Shown here piece after piece: positions 7,321-15,628 of a stretch of DNA of 33,403 bases. The number at the start of each line of letters is the position of its first letter. The first letter of the stretch is position 1. The notes under the pieces are model-generated. The model made no database searches. It worked only from the letters and a program-made list of their open reading frames with translations, and was not told where the DNA came from. Source of the stretch: Candidatus Latescibacterota bacterium (GTDB lineage: Bacteria; Latescibacterota; UBA2968; GCA-2709665); assembly GCA_965226795.1 (NCBI GenBank), contig CBDDDZ010000001.1, forward strand, positions 1 to 33,403, read 5' to 3'. The position numbers were made by a program, and so were the translations under genes.

Positions 7321-9042
7321 GTGAGCGCCATTAACCGCCAGAACGACGGAAATCGCCAGCGAAAGTCGCCGGATGACTTTCTGCAGGACTACGTGGATAC
7401 GCAGCACACATTCCAGTCGCTGTCCATTATAGACCAGATTTTGATGTCCATGGACGAAAAGGACAAACGCCGGCCCATGCTCTACCATCTCCGTCGACAG
7501 CTTCAGGAAGACGAGATTACGTTCGAGGAGGCGAGGCGGACCATCGTGGAGATGGAGGCCGCGCTCGAGAAGGTGACGGCGCCGGCCAACCGCGTGGGCG
7601 CGCTTCTGGAGGCCCCCCGCGACGGTGTGGCCTATATCAGCGTGGGCGGCTCGGAATATTACGCAAACGTCGATTCCCGGCTGGACCTGAAGGCGTTGAA
7701 GGTAGGCACGAGGGTGCTGGTCAATGACGCGTTTGCCATCGTCGGCGACCTGGGATATTCGTCTTCCGGCCAGGTGGCGAAAATCTCCGACGTGCTCGAA
7801 GACGGCCGCCTTCGCGTCGGCCAGGAGCCGGGCGGGCAGGTCACCGTGCTTTCCCGTTCGAGCGACCTGGTGCCGGCGTCCCTGAAGGCGGGAGACGAGG
7901 TTCGCGTGGATCCGAATTTCCGCGTCGCGTTGGAACGGATGCCGAAAAAAGACGCGAAAGACTACTACCTCGAAGAGATTCCACATCTGCCCTGGGATAA
8001 AATTGGCGGCCAGGAGGAGGCCATCCAGGCCATTAAAGATACGATTGAGATGCCGGCGTTGCATCCGGATCTGTTTTCCAGGTTCCAGTACAGTGTTCCC
8101 AAGGGGTTCCTGTTGTACGGCCCGCCGGGTTGCGGCAAGACCCTGATCGGCAAGGCAACCGCCTACAACCTCGTCAAGCAGGCCCGGCAGGAGGCCGGTC
8201 TGAACCTGAAAGAATGTTTCATGAATATCAAAGGCCCGGAAATCCTGAATATGTGGCTGGGCGAGTCCGAACGCAAGGTTCGCGAGATTTTTTCCCGGGC
8301 GCGGGAGAAGCGGAAAGAGGGCTGCCTGCCGGTGGTATTCATCGACGAGGCGGAGTCGGTACTCGGCACGCGCCGGGCCATGCGGTCGCACAGCATTTCA
8401 AACACCGTGGTGCCAATGTTCTGTTCGGAGATGGACGGCATCGAGTCGCTGCAGGACGTGGTGATCATTCTCGCGTCCAACCGGCCCGACCTGATCGATC
8501 CCGCCGTTTTGCGGCCTGGAAGAATCGACCGGAAAATTAAGGTGAAGCGCCCGGGCCGGGAGGGCGCGCTCGACATCCTCAAGATCTATCTGACGCCCGA
8601 TCTGCCGATCGAACGGAAGACGCTGGAACAACACGGCGGCGACGCCCCCGGGGCAGTGGAGTCGCTTGTCGCGCGCACGGCGGAAGAGATCTTTTCCCGG
8701 AAGGACCATACGCGATTTCTCGAAGTGACCCTGCGAAGCGGCCGGAAGGACGTTCTCCGCTGGGGGGACCTGGCCAGCGGGGCGATCATGGAATCGATTG
8801 TAGGACGGGCAAAAGAGATGGCCATCCGCCGCTCCATCGCGTCCGGAGTTGAAGAGGGCATTTCCCAGGACGATCTGCTACAGGCAGTCGAGACCGAGTA
8901 TACGGAGAACGAGATTTTCCCGCCCACGGATAACACGGAAGACTGGTTGAAGTTGCTGGATTACGATCCGGAAAACGTCGTGCGGGTGTCCCCGATTCGC
9001 CCTGGGCGGGAGACGAACCGCCGGGGAAATCGAATCGTATAG
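7321..9042 (+). CDS. arc: Proteasome-associated AAA+ ATPase ARC/Mpa (start uncertain: GTG 7321 or ATT 7330)
   Basis: N-terminal coiled coil, tandem OB-fold region, Walker A GPPGCGKT, Walker B VVFIDEAES, pore loop NMWLGESE and SRH ASNRPDLIDPAVLRPGRIDRKI. First gene of the proteasome cluster. Confidence 0.93.
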   Translation: MSAINRQNDGNRQRKSPDDFLQDYVDTQHTFQSLSIIDQILMSMDEKDKRRPMLYHLRRQLQEDEITFEEARRTIVEMEAALEKVTAPANRVGALLEAPRDGVAYISVGGSEYYANVDSRLDLKALKVGTRVLVNDAFAIVGDLGYSSSGQVAKISDVLEDGRLRVGQEPGGQVTVLSRSSDLVPASLKAGDEVRVDPNFRVALERMPKKDAKDYYLEEIPHLPWDKIGGQEEAIQAIKDTIEMPALHPDLFSRFQYSVPKGFLLYGPPGCGKTLIGKATAYNLVKQARQEAGLNLKECFMNIKGPEILNMWLGESERKVREIFSRAREKRKEGCLPVVFIDEAESVLGTRRAMRSHSISNTVVPMFCSEMDGIESLQDVVIILASNRPDLIDPAVLRPGRIDRKIKVKRPGREGALDILKIYLTPDLPIERKTLEQHGGDAPGAVESLVARTAEEIFSRKDHTRFLEVTLRSGRKDVLRWGDLASGAIMESIVGRAKEMAIRRSIASGVEEGISQDDLLQAVETEYTENEIFPPTDNTEDWLKLLDYDPENVVRVSPIRPGRETNRRGNRIV

Positions 9043-9274
9043 TGTTCTGTCCAGGCGATATATTTCCGGGCCAGGACCACGACAGGGCACATGGGGTTTT
9101 TCCACGCCCTGTAGAGCGCCTCGCCTCTGACGCGTCCGGTCCGGGTAAAGGGGCTTTTCCGCGCTTATCCGTTTAGCATTACGAGTCGGTGAAACCTGCG
9201 ATCCGCGTAGGCCACCTGACGTCGCTTTCACACTGAGGCGATTCTCGGAAAAGCAGCCCCGCGGCGTCTGAGCG

Positions 9275-9355
9275 GCCTGCCTGCGCCGAGACGTGCTCGG
9301 CAGGCAGGCGCCCTTCTTTTTCGCCCTTTTTCTTGGGCGAAGCAAGAAAAAGGGC
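9275..9355. repeat. Double-hairpin REP/MITE-like element in the arc-dop spacer
   Basis: GCCTGCCT..GCCGAG-ACGTG-CTCGGC.AGGCAGGC (9275-9309) and a perfect 13-bp stem GCCCTTTTTCTTG-GGCGAAG-CAAGAAAAAGGGC (9323-9355). Confidence 0.6.
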
Positions 9356-9452
9356 AAGGGAATAGGGAAGTTAGAGGGTGGGGGAGATTCCATCTCACGG
9401 ATCCCGAAACGCGCATTTCTTTCGCCGTGAGATCTGAGACTGAGCGGGGTTC

Positions 9453-10973
9453 ATGAAACGACTTTTCGGTCTGGAAACGGAGTACGGAATCACGATTGAC
9501 GGGATGGACAGCATCGACGTGGTGGAAGAGTCGATGCAGCTGATCCGGTGCTATCTCCAGGGTGAATTCACGCCCCTGTGGGACTATCAGTTGGAAAACC
9601 CCCGCAAGGATGTGCGGGGGTTTGAAGTGGATTCCCTGCTGAACGATACCGACGAGAAGGTGCACCTCCAGAAGGACCGCCAGCGAAAGGTGCCCCTGGA
9701 GGAATTGAAAAGCGACCTGATTATCCCCAACGGCGCCCGCTTTTACAACGACCACACCCATCCGGAATATTCCACGGGCGAGTGCCTGAGTCTCTTCGAA
9801 CTGGTTGCGCAGGACCGGGCGGGCGAGCGGATCGTGGACATCTGCGCCCGAAGGCGAACCGGGATGCTGCCCGAGGGCGAGGTCCGGATCTACAAGAACA
9901 ACACCGACTTCGAAGGCCATAGCTACGGGTGTCACGAGAACTACCTGATGGACCGCGGGACCCCGTTCGAGCGAATCGTGAAGGGCCTGCTGCCCTTTCT
10001 GGTTACGCGGCAGATATACGCGGGCGCGGGCAAGATGGGTGTGGAACGCGGCGACAGAGCGTCCATCTATCAACTTTCGCAGCGGTCCGAATTCTTCGAG
10101 GTGATCGCCAGCGTCGACACCATGCACAAACGGCCGCTCATCAATACCCGGGACGAACCCCACGCCGACGCGGCCCGCTACCGCAGGCTCCACGTGATTC
10201 TCGGCGACGCGAACATGTCGGAATACGTCACGGCGCTGAAAGTGGGCGCGATGGCCCTGGTGGTGGCGATGGTTGAACAGAATGATCTGCCCGACGTGGT
10301 CTTGAAGGATCCGATTGCAGCGTTGAAGAACGTGTCGCGCGACCAGAGTTATCAGTGGTTGGTGGAACTGGATCGCAAGACCAACCGGCTGGTACCGGCC
10401 GTAGACGTGCAGCGGATGTACCTGGCGCGGGCGCGAGAGCGGTTCGGAGGCCAGGACGTGGAGACGGACTGGGTCCTGAACGCCTGGGAGGAGATTCTGG
10501 CGGGCCTCGAACGGGATCCCATGGCGATGGTGGGCACCTGCGACTGGGTAAGCAAGAAGTGGTTGTTGGATTGTTTTCGCGAGGCGGAGGGGCTTTCGTG
10601 GGACAATCCGGACGATCTGGCCTGGCTTCAGAGCCAGGATCTGGAGTACCACAACGTGGATCGGGAGGCCGGTCTCTATTTTCTGCTGGAAGACCAGGGC
10701 AAAATGGTCCGGCTCCTGGACGACGAGCGAATCGTGGAAGCGATGTCCGTTCCACCCACGGACACGCGGGCGTATTTCCGCGGACGATGCCTGCAGAAAT
10801 TCGGCCACGATGTCAAATCGGTCAACTGGGACCGGATCATATTTTCCTGGAACGGGGAACAGCGTTCGGTGGATATGAAGGATCTGGTTGATGGGGAGAA
10901 GGTCGCGTATTATAATAGGGCGTTGGATCGCTCGGATGAACTGGAGGAGTTCCTGAACGCGCTCGGGGCCTAG
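9453..10973 (+). CDS. dop: Dop-like deamidase/deconjugase (PafA/Dop family)
   Basis: GLETEYGI, the Dop-type loop region, NGARFYNDHTHPEYST, KNNTDFEGHSYGCHENYL, INTRDEPHAD, RRLHVILGDANM, DLEYH and PPTDTRAYFRG. Confidence 0.92.
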   Translation: MKRLFGLETEYGITIDGMDSIDVVEESMQLIRCYLQGEFTPLWDYQLENPRKDVRGFEVDSLLNDTDEKVHLQKDRQRKVPLEELKSDLIIPNGARFYNDHTHPEYSTGECLSLFELVAQDRAGERIVDICARRRTGMLPEGEVRIYKNNTDFEGHSYGCHENYLMDRGTPFERIVKGLLPFLVTRQIYAGAGKMGVERGDRASIYQLSQRSEFFEVIASVDTMHKRPLINTRDEPHADAARYRRLHVILGDANMSEYVTALKVGAMALVVAMVEQNDLPDVVLKDPIAALKNVSRDQSYQWLVELDRKTNRLVPAVDVQRMYLARARERFGGQDVETDWVLNAWEEILAGLERDPMAMVGTCDWVSKKWLLDCFREAEGLSWDNPDDLAWLQSQDLEYHNVDREAGLYFLLEDQGKMVRLLDDERIVEAMSVPPTDTRAYFRGRCLQKFGHDVKSVNWDRIIFSWNGEQRSVDMKDLVDGEKVAYYNRALDRSDELEEFLNALGA

Positions 10974-11061
10974 ACTGTGGGTCGCGCCCGGTGGTGCGTG
11001 TAGCTTAACCGTTCGAGAGAACATGTCTGCGTTCTTGAACGGATTCACGGAGGACGTTACT

Positions 11062-11253
11062 ATGAAGAAAGACCTGGCCAGTTTGGAACGGCGAACCCGA
11101 CGGCCGGACCCGCCCGACGGGGGGCCGAACGAGGGGGACGACGGGCCGTCCCGACCGGACGTCGACCGACCCGATACCGGCGACCTGCTGCGCCGGATGC
11201 GCCGCGTGGACCCGAATCAGGCGCGACGCTACCGCCAGCGTACGGGCGAGTGA
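11062..11253 (+). CDS. ubact: Prokaryotic ubiquitin-like protein UBact (63 aa)
   Basis: RBS GGAGG at 11049-11053. Small, disordered, P/D/G/R-rich protein ending LLRRMRRVDPNQARRYRQRTGE (R[ST]G[EQ] UBact terminus), located between dop and prcB. Confidence 0.92.
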   Translation: MKKDLASLERRTRRPDPPDGGPNEGDDGPSRPDVDRPDTGDLLRRMRRVDPNQARRYRQRTGE

Positions 11254-11257
11254 GCCT

Positions 11258-12076
11258 ATGGGTGCGGGCGGAGACTTTCTGGATCTGCTGAGGGCCGAGG
11301 GATACCGTCTGCCTGGCGCCGAGCTGCGGGAAAGCGCGCCAGGCGGCGCGGCGTCCCTTCCGTTTCAGCCCACCGAGGGCACGACCATCCTGGCGCTTCG
11401 CTACCGGGACGGCGTCCTTATCGCGGGCGACCGCCGGGCCACGGCCGGCCATACCGTGCTTTACGACCGCGCCGACAAGGTCATCGATATCGACGGGCAT
11501 TCGGTGATGGCCATTTCCGGATCGCCGGCGATGGCGTACGAAATCGCCCGCATTCTCGAACACACCTTTCAATATCACAGGCGCCGGCAGTTGCAGGAAA
11601 TGAGCCTGGCGGCCAAGCTGAGGCGCCTCTCCCTTCTGATTCGCGACAATCTGCCGATGGCCATGCAGGGCATCGGCCCGGTGATCCCCATTTTTGTCAC
11701 GTACGATCCACAGGACAGCCGCAGCAAGATCTTCTTTTACGACGTGCTGGGCGCACAGTTCGAGAGCGCCGATTTTTCCACCACGGGTTCGGGCGCAGCG
11801 GCTATCCGGGGCGCGATGTTCTACAACAACCAGTGGGGCGAGCGTCCCTTTGCCGAAATGGATGGGAGCGAGTGCCTTGGAATGGCGTTGCGCCTGCTGC
11901 ATACGGCCGCGGAATACGACGCCGCCACCGGAAGGTACGAGCGCAATTCCGGGGTGTTGCCCACGGTGAAGACGATATCGGCAGACGGACTGCGTACCGT
12001 GCCCGAGGAGGATCTGCGGGCGTCCTACGAGCGGTATATTGCCAACGCCGACAGACCTGGAGACGCTGAAGGATGA
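11258..12076 (+). CDS. prcB: 20S proteasome beta subunit
   Basis: 41-aa propeptide then EG|TTILALRYRDGVLIAGDRRAT (catalytic Thr42), DKV, TGSG and DAATG. Confidence 0.93.
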   Translation: MGAGGDFLDLLRAEGYRLPGAELRESAPGGAASLPFQPTEGTTILALRYRDGVLIAGDRRATAGHTVLYDRADKVIDIDGHSVMAISGSPAMAYEIARILEHTFQYHRRRQLQEMSLAAKLRRLSLLIRDNLPMAMQGIGPVIPIFVTYDPQDSRSKIFFYDVLGAQFESADFSTTGSGAAAIRGAMFYNNQWGERPFAEMDGSECLGMALRLLHTAAEYDAATGRYERNSGVLPTVKTISADGLRTVPEEDLRASYERYIANADRPGDAEG

Positions 12077-12852
12077 TGCTGGACGAACCCTATCGTTGGG
12101 CGGATGCGGTAGCCAACCGGCGGGAATATATCGAGGACCAGCTCCGGGGCGGCAGCCCGGTTGTGGGCCTGGCCTATCGGGACGGTGCGCTACTTTTAAC
12201 GCTGAGTCAGGGACAGCGGAAAATCTTCGAGGTGTACGACAGCATCGGCATGGCCGCCCTCGGGCATCCCGCAGATATCGAGAAGCTGCGCCAGTCCGCC
12301 GTGGACCTGGCGTCCGTAATCGGGTTCAACTATTCGGCGCAGGACGTAAACCTGCAGCAAATCGTGCACTTCGGCATGGGCCCCGCAGTCAAGCAGGCTT
12401 TTGACGAGGTGTTCCGATCCCCGTATATCGTGCGGATCCTGATGCTGGAGCTGGATGTATCGGAGGACGCCGCCATCTTCTATACGGTGGACTACGACGG
12501 CGTGTTTCAGAAACACGAAGGCCGCGGCGTTGTGGGCGAGGTTCCTGAAGCGGACGGGTTGATGCGGAGCTATTTGCCGGAAACCGACCGCCTCAGCCTG
12601 CGAAACGCACTGAAGGCCGCGCTGGAGGCCTGGGCGGCCGGACGGTTTGCAGGAAACCTGGACGAGATCCCCCGGGAGAAGTCGGAGTTGGAACGGGCGG
12701 CCCACGAGGCGGATCTGCAGGCTATTTTAAAGTCCGAGTTGGAATCGTCCAAGGTTGAGGCCGTGGTTTTCGACCGGTCCGGGCCGGACAAACGCCGGTA
12801 TCGCGTCGTTACAGATAAAGAGATAAAGCCCGTGATCAAGCCGTATCTCTGA
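12073..12852 (+). CDS. prcA: 20S proteasome alpha subunit
   Basis: ATGA overlap with prcB. RREYIEDQLRGGSPVVGL, RKIFEVYDSIGMAALG and FYTVDYDG. Confidence 0.9.
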   Translation: MMLDEPYRWADAVANRREYIEDQLRGGSPVVGLAYRDGALLLTLSQGQRKIFEVYDSIGMAALGHPADIEKLRQSAVDLASVIGFNYSAQDVNLQQIVHFGMGPAVKQAFDEVFRSPYIVRILMLELDVSEDAAIFYTVDYDGVFQKHEGRGVVGEVPEADGLMRSYLPETDRLSLRNALKAALEAWAAGRFAGNLDEIPREKSELERAAHEADLQAILKSELESSKVEAVVFDRSGPDKRRYRVVTDKEIKPVIKPYL

Positions 12853-12990
12853 GAGCCGGACCGCCACGCCCCGGGACGCCGGACAACGTGATTCCGGCCG
12901 GTTGTGTTGTGCAATCCTGGAGCGCCGCTACCCACGGGCGCGAACAGGGGGATGCGAATACTTCAAGAGATGGACATGTAAGGGCCCCCG

Positions 12991-14457
12991 ATGGAACGAC
13001 GGATTTTCGGTCTGGAAACCGAATATGGGTGCATGGCGCCGGAGCACGAGGGGTTCGTGAGCCCGGATGCCATTTCGGTGAAGGTGAAGGACCATATTTT
13101 CCACACCGAACGTCAGGGGATTGTCGATATCCATTATCGGGGCCGGGACGAACCGCCGGGTAACGGCGGTTTTTTGTTCAATTCCGGAAGGGTATATATC
13201 GATATGGGGCATATCGAATATGCCACGCCGGAATGCAAGAGCCTGTTCGACCTGGTGGCCTCCGACCGTGCGGGAGAACGGATTCTGCAGCGCGCGCTTC
13301 GGTCGCTTGGGCTGGCGAAAGAGGCCTCGTTCCTCAAGAACAATATCGACCACTATACAGGCGCCACCTTCGGCTGCCACGAGAACTACCTCATTCGGCG
13401 AAACGTGCCGTTTTCCATGGTCGTGATTCCCGCGCTGCTCCCTTTTCTGGTAACGCGGCAGATTTACAGCGGCGCCGGCCGGGTGGGCAGCTTCGACGAC
13501 AGCTTTTACTACGATGGCCGGGACGACGTCGACGACGCCGGTCACGAAGATCCCGTCGCCTTTCAGATTTCGCAGCGCGCGGACCACATTGTCACGGAGA
13601 TCTACCAGTGGATCCAGTTTTCCCGGGCAATCATCAATACCCGCGACGAACCACTGGCCGACTATAACAAGTACCGCCGGTTGCACCTGCTGATGGGCGA
13701 TTCCAATATGTCGGAGTACGCCACCGCGTTGAAGGTGGGCGCCACCGCCATGGTATTGAATCTGCTCGAGCACAGGATTGTTCCGCAGAACGTGGGCCTG
13801 GGCGACCCGGTCTGGGCGTTGAAGGAGATTTCCAGGGATCCCACCCACAAATGGATACTTGAACGCAGGAACGGCCGGCCGGTTTCGGCAATCGATATTC
13901 AGCGGCGCTACCTGGATTTGGCGAAGCGCCATCTGCGGGGGATGGACGAGGAGTCGGACTGGGTGCTGGTCGAATGGGAACAGACGCTGGACGCCCTGGA
14001 GCGGGATCCGATGATCCTGAAGGACCGGCTGGACTGGGTGGCCAAGAAGTGGATGCTGGAGATGTTCGTGCAGTCGGAAGGCGTGGATTGGAACGATCCG
14101 TGGCTCCAGAGCCTGGATCTGGAGTATCACAATATCGACCCCAACCGGGGGTTTTACCTCGACCTCGAGCACAAGGGGATGACACGCCGCATATTAACGG
14201 AGGAGCAGATCGCCCGCGCGGGAGACGAACCGCCTGCCGATACGCGGGCCCGGGGCCGGTCCGACGTGATCAGGGCCCTGTCGGAGAACCGGATGAGGTA
14301 TATCGTGGACTGGGACTCGGTGTATCTGGAGAACGAAAGCCACCTGAATCTCGAGGATCCGTTCGAGACCTACCGGGAAGCGGCGGCCAGGTTCATCCAC
14401 GAGATCCGCTCCGCCTCACCCTCTCCACATCGCCCCATGCGGCGCCGGTTGAAGTGA
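12991..14457 (+). CDS. pafA: PafA-like ligase (UBact-protein ligase)
   Basis: MERRIFGLETEYG, FLFNSGRVYIDMGHIEYATPE, KNNID..GCHENYL, RAIINTRDEPLAD, DLEYH, PPADTRARGR and LEDPF. Confidence 0.92.
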   Translation: MERRIFGLETEYGCMAPEHEGFVSPDAISVKVKDHIFHTERQGIVDIHYRGRDEPPGNGGFLFNSGRVYIDMGHIEYATPECKSLFDLVASDRAGERILQRALRSLGLAKEASFLKNNIDHYTGATFGCHENYLIRRNVPFSMVVIPALLPFLVTRQIYSGAGRVGSFDDSFYYDGRDDVDDAGHEDPVAFQISQRADHIVTEIYQWIQFSRAIINTRDEPLADYNKYRRLHLLMGDSNMSEYATALKVGATAMVLNLLEHRIVPQNVGLGDPVWALKEISRDPTHKWILERRNGRPVSAIDIQRRYLDLAKRHLRGMDEESDWVLVEWEQTLDALERDPMILKDRLDWVAKKWMLEMFVQSEGVDWNDPWLQSLDLEYHNIDPNRGFYLDLEHKGMTRRILTEEQIARAGDEPPADTRARGRSDVIRALSENRMRYIVDWDSVYLENESHLNLEDPFETYREAAARFIHEIRSASPSPHRPMRRRLK

Positions 14458-14509
14458 CAACCCGTAAATATTCATCGTAATCTCCCTGCCATAACAAAGT
14501 GGCGCACAA

Positions 14510-14551
14510 GGGATGCTCGAAGGAACCCACACCTTCGCGCATCCCGTTTTT
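14510..14551 (+). terminator. Intrinsic terminator of the proteasome operon
   Basis: GGGATGCTCGAAGG-AACCCACA-CCTTCGCGCATCCC (14-bp stem, one mismatch) followed by GTTTTT. Confidence 0.75.
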
Positions 14552-14599
14552 GTGGTTCATGTCGACAACAAATGGTTTGGCGGCGCAACAACCGGATTT

Positions 14600-15628
14600 C
14601 AGACGCGGGACACGGAATGGCTCGTGCGCAACTGGGAAGAAGCTCGTTGGGAGGCCGAACGATTCGGACGTGGCTTCGTACTGGTGATAGACGAAATTCA
14701 GAAGATTCCGCAGTGGTCGGATACGGTGAAGGGGCTGTGGGACATGGACCGAGCCCGGAACTGCCCTCTGCACGTTATAATTCTTGGCTCGGGGGCGCCC
14801 CTGCTGATGCAATCCGGTTTGAGTGAGAGCCTCGCCGGCCGCTTCGAGCCCATCGGTGTCTCTCACTGGTCGTTTGCGGAAATGGCCGAGGCGTTCAATT
14901 TCGATTTGGCGAAATATCTATACTTCGGGGGCTATCCCGGCGCTGTACGATTCGTCCGAAACCCCGACCGTTGGCGCAACTATATCCTCCGCGCGCTCAT
15001 CGAACCGAACGTCGAGCGGGATATCCTCGCTATGACCCGGGTTGACAAGCCGGCGCTGCTGAAACGGCTCTTCGAAATAGGAGCCGCCTATTCCGGGCAG
15101 ATCCTCTCGTACACGAAGATGCTGGGCCAACTGCACGATGCCGGCAACACGACCACCCTGTCCCGTTACCTCGACCTGCTCTCGAGGGCCGGGCTGCTGG
15201 CGGGCTTGCCGAAGTATTCCAACCGGCTGTTTCGACGCAGGGCTTCGAGCCCAAAGCTCAACGTGCTCAACACTGCCCTGATGACGGCCGGTTCAGGGTA
15301 CTCTTTTGATGAAGCGCACGCCGACCGTTCATTGTGGGGGCGCATTGTCGAGAGCGCGGTCGGTGCCCATCTGTTCAATACCTTGTCGCCAGACACCCGC
15401 CTCTACTACTGGCGGGATGGTTCGCACGAAGTCGACTTCGTCCTGCAACGCGGTCCTCGCATTATCGCCATCGAGGTCAAGAGCGGTACAAAAACGTTTC
15501 CTCTGCTGGGAATGGACGCGTTCAGGCAGAGCTTTCGTCCGTATCGGTCGCTTCTTGTCGGGGAAGGCGGTATTCGCCTCAGTGAATTTCTGACTGTACC
15601 GGCCAATCACTGGTTTGAGGAACCATGA
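14600..15628 (+). pseudogene. AAA_14/DUF4143 ATP-binding protein, 5'-truncated (no Walker A)
   Basis: Walker B FVLVIDEIQK, GLSESLAGRF, YLYFGGYPG and C-terminal YYWRDGSHEVDFVL...AIEVKSG are present. The expected GPRQxGKT is absent and the annotated ATG (14513) lies inside the terminator hairpin. Left boundary approximate. Confidence 0.75.

Noticed and set aside
9228..11048. 606-aa minus-strand ORF
   Set aside because: Antisense shadow of dop with no recognisable motifs, as expected in high-GC DNA. The same applies to 7192..8391, 12928..14172, 24871..26421 and 30289..31503.
11023..11253. Actinobacterial Pup, or the longer 76-aa start at 11023
   Set aside because: The terminus is RTGE, not GG[QE], and the RBS favours ATG 11062.
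14513..14599. Annotated N-terminus of the AAA/DUF4143 ORF
   Set aside because: It overlaps the terminator hairpin and lacks Walker A, so it is probably non-coding read-in.
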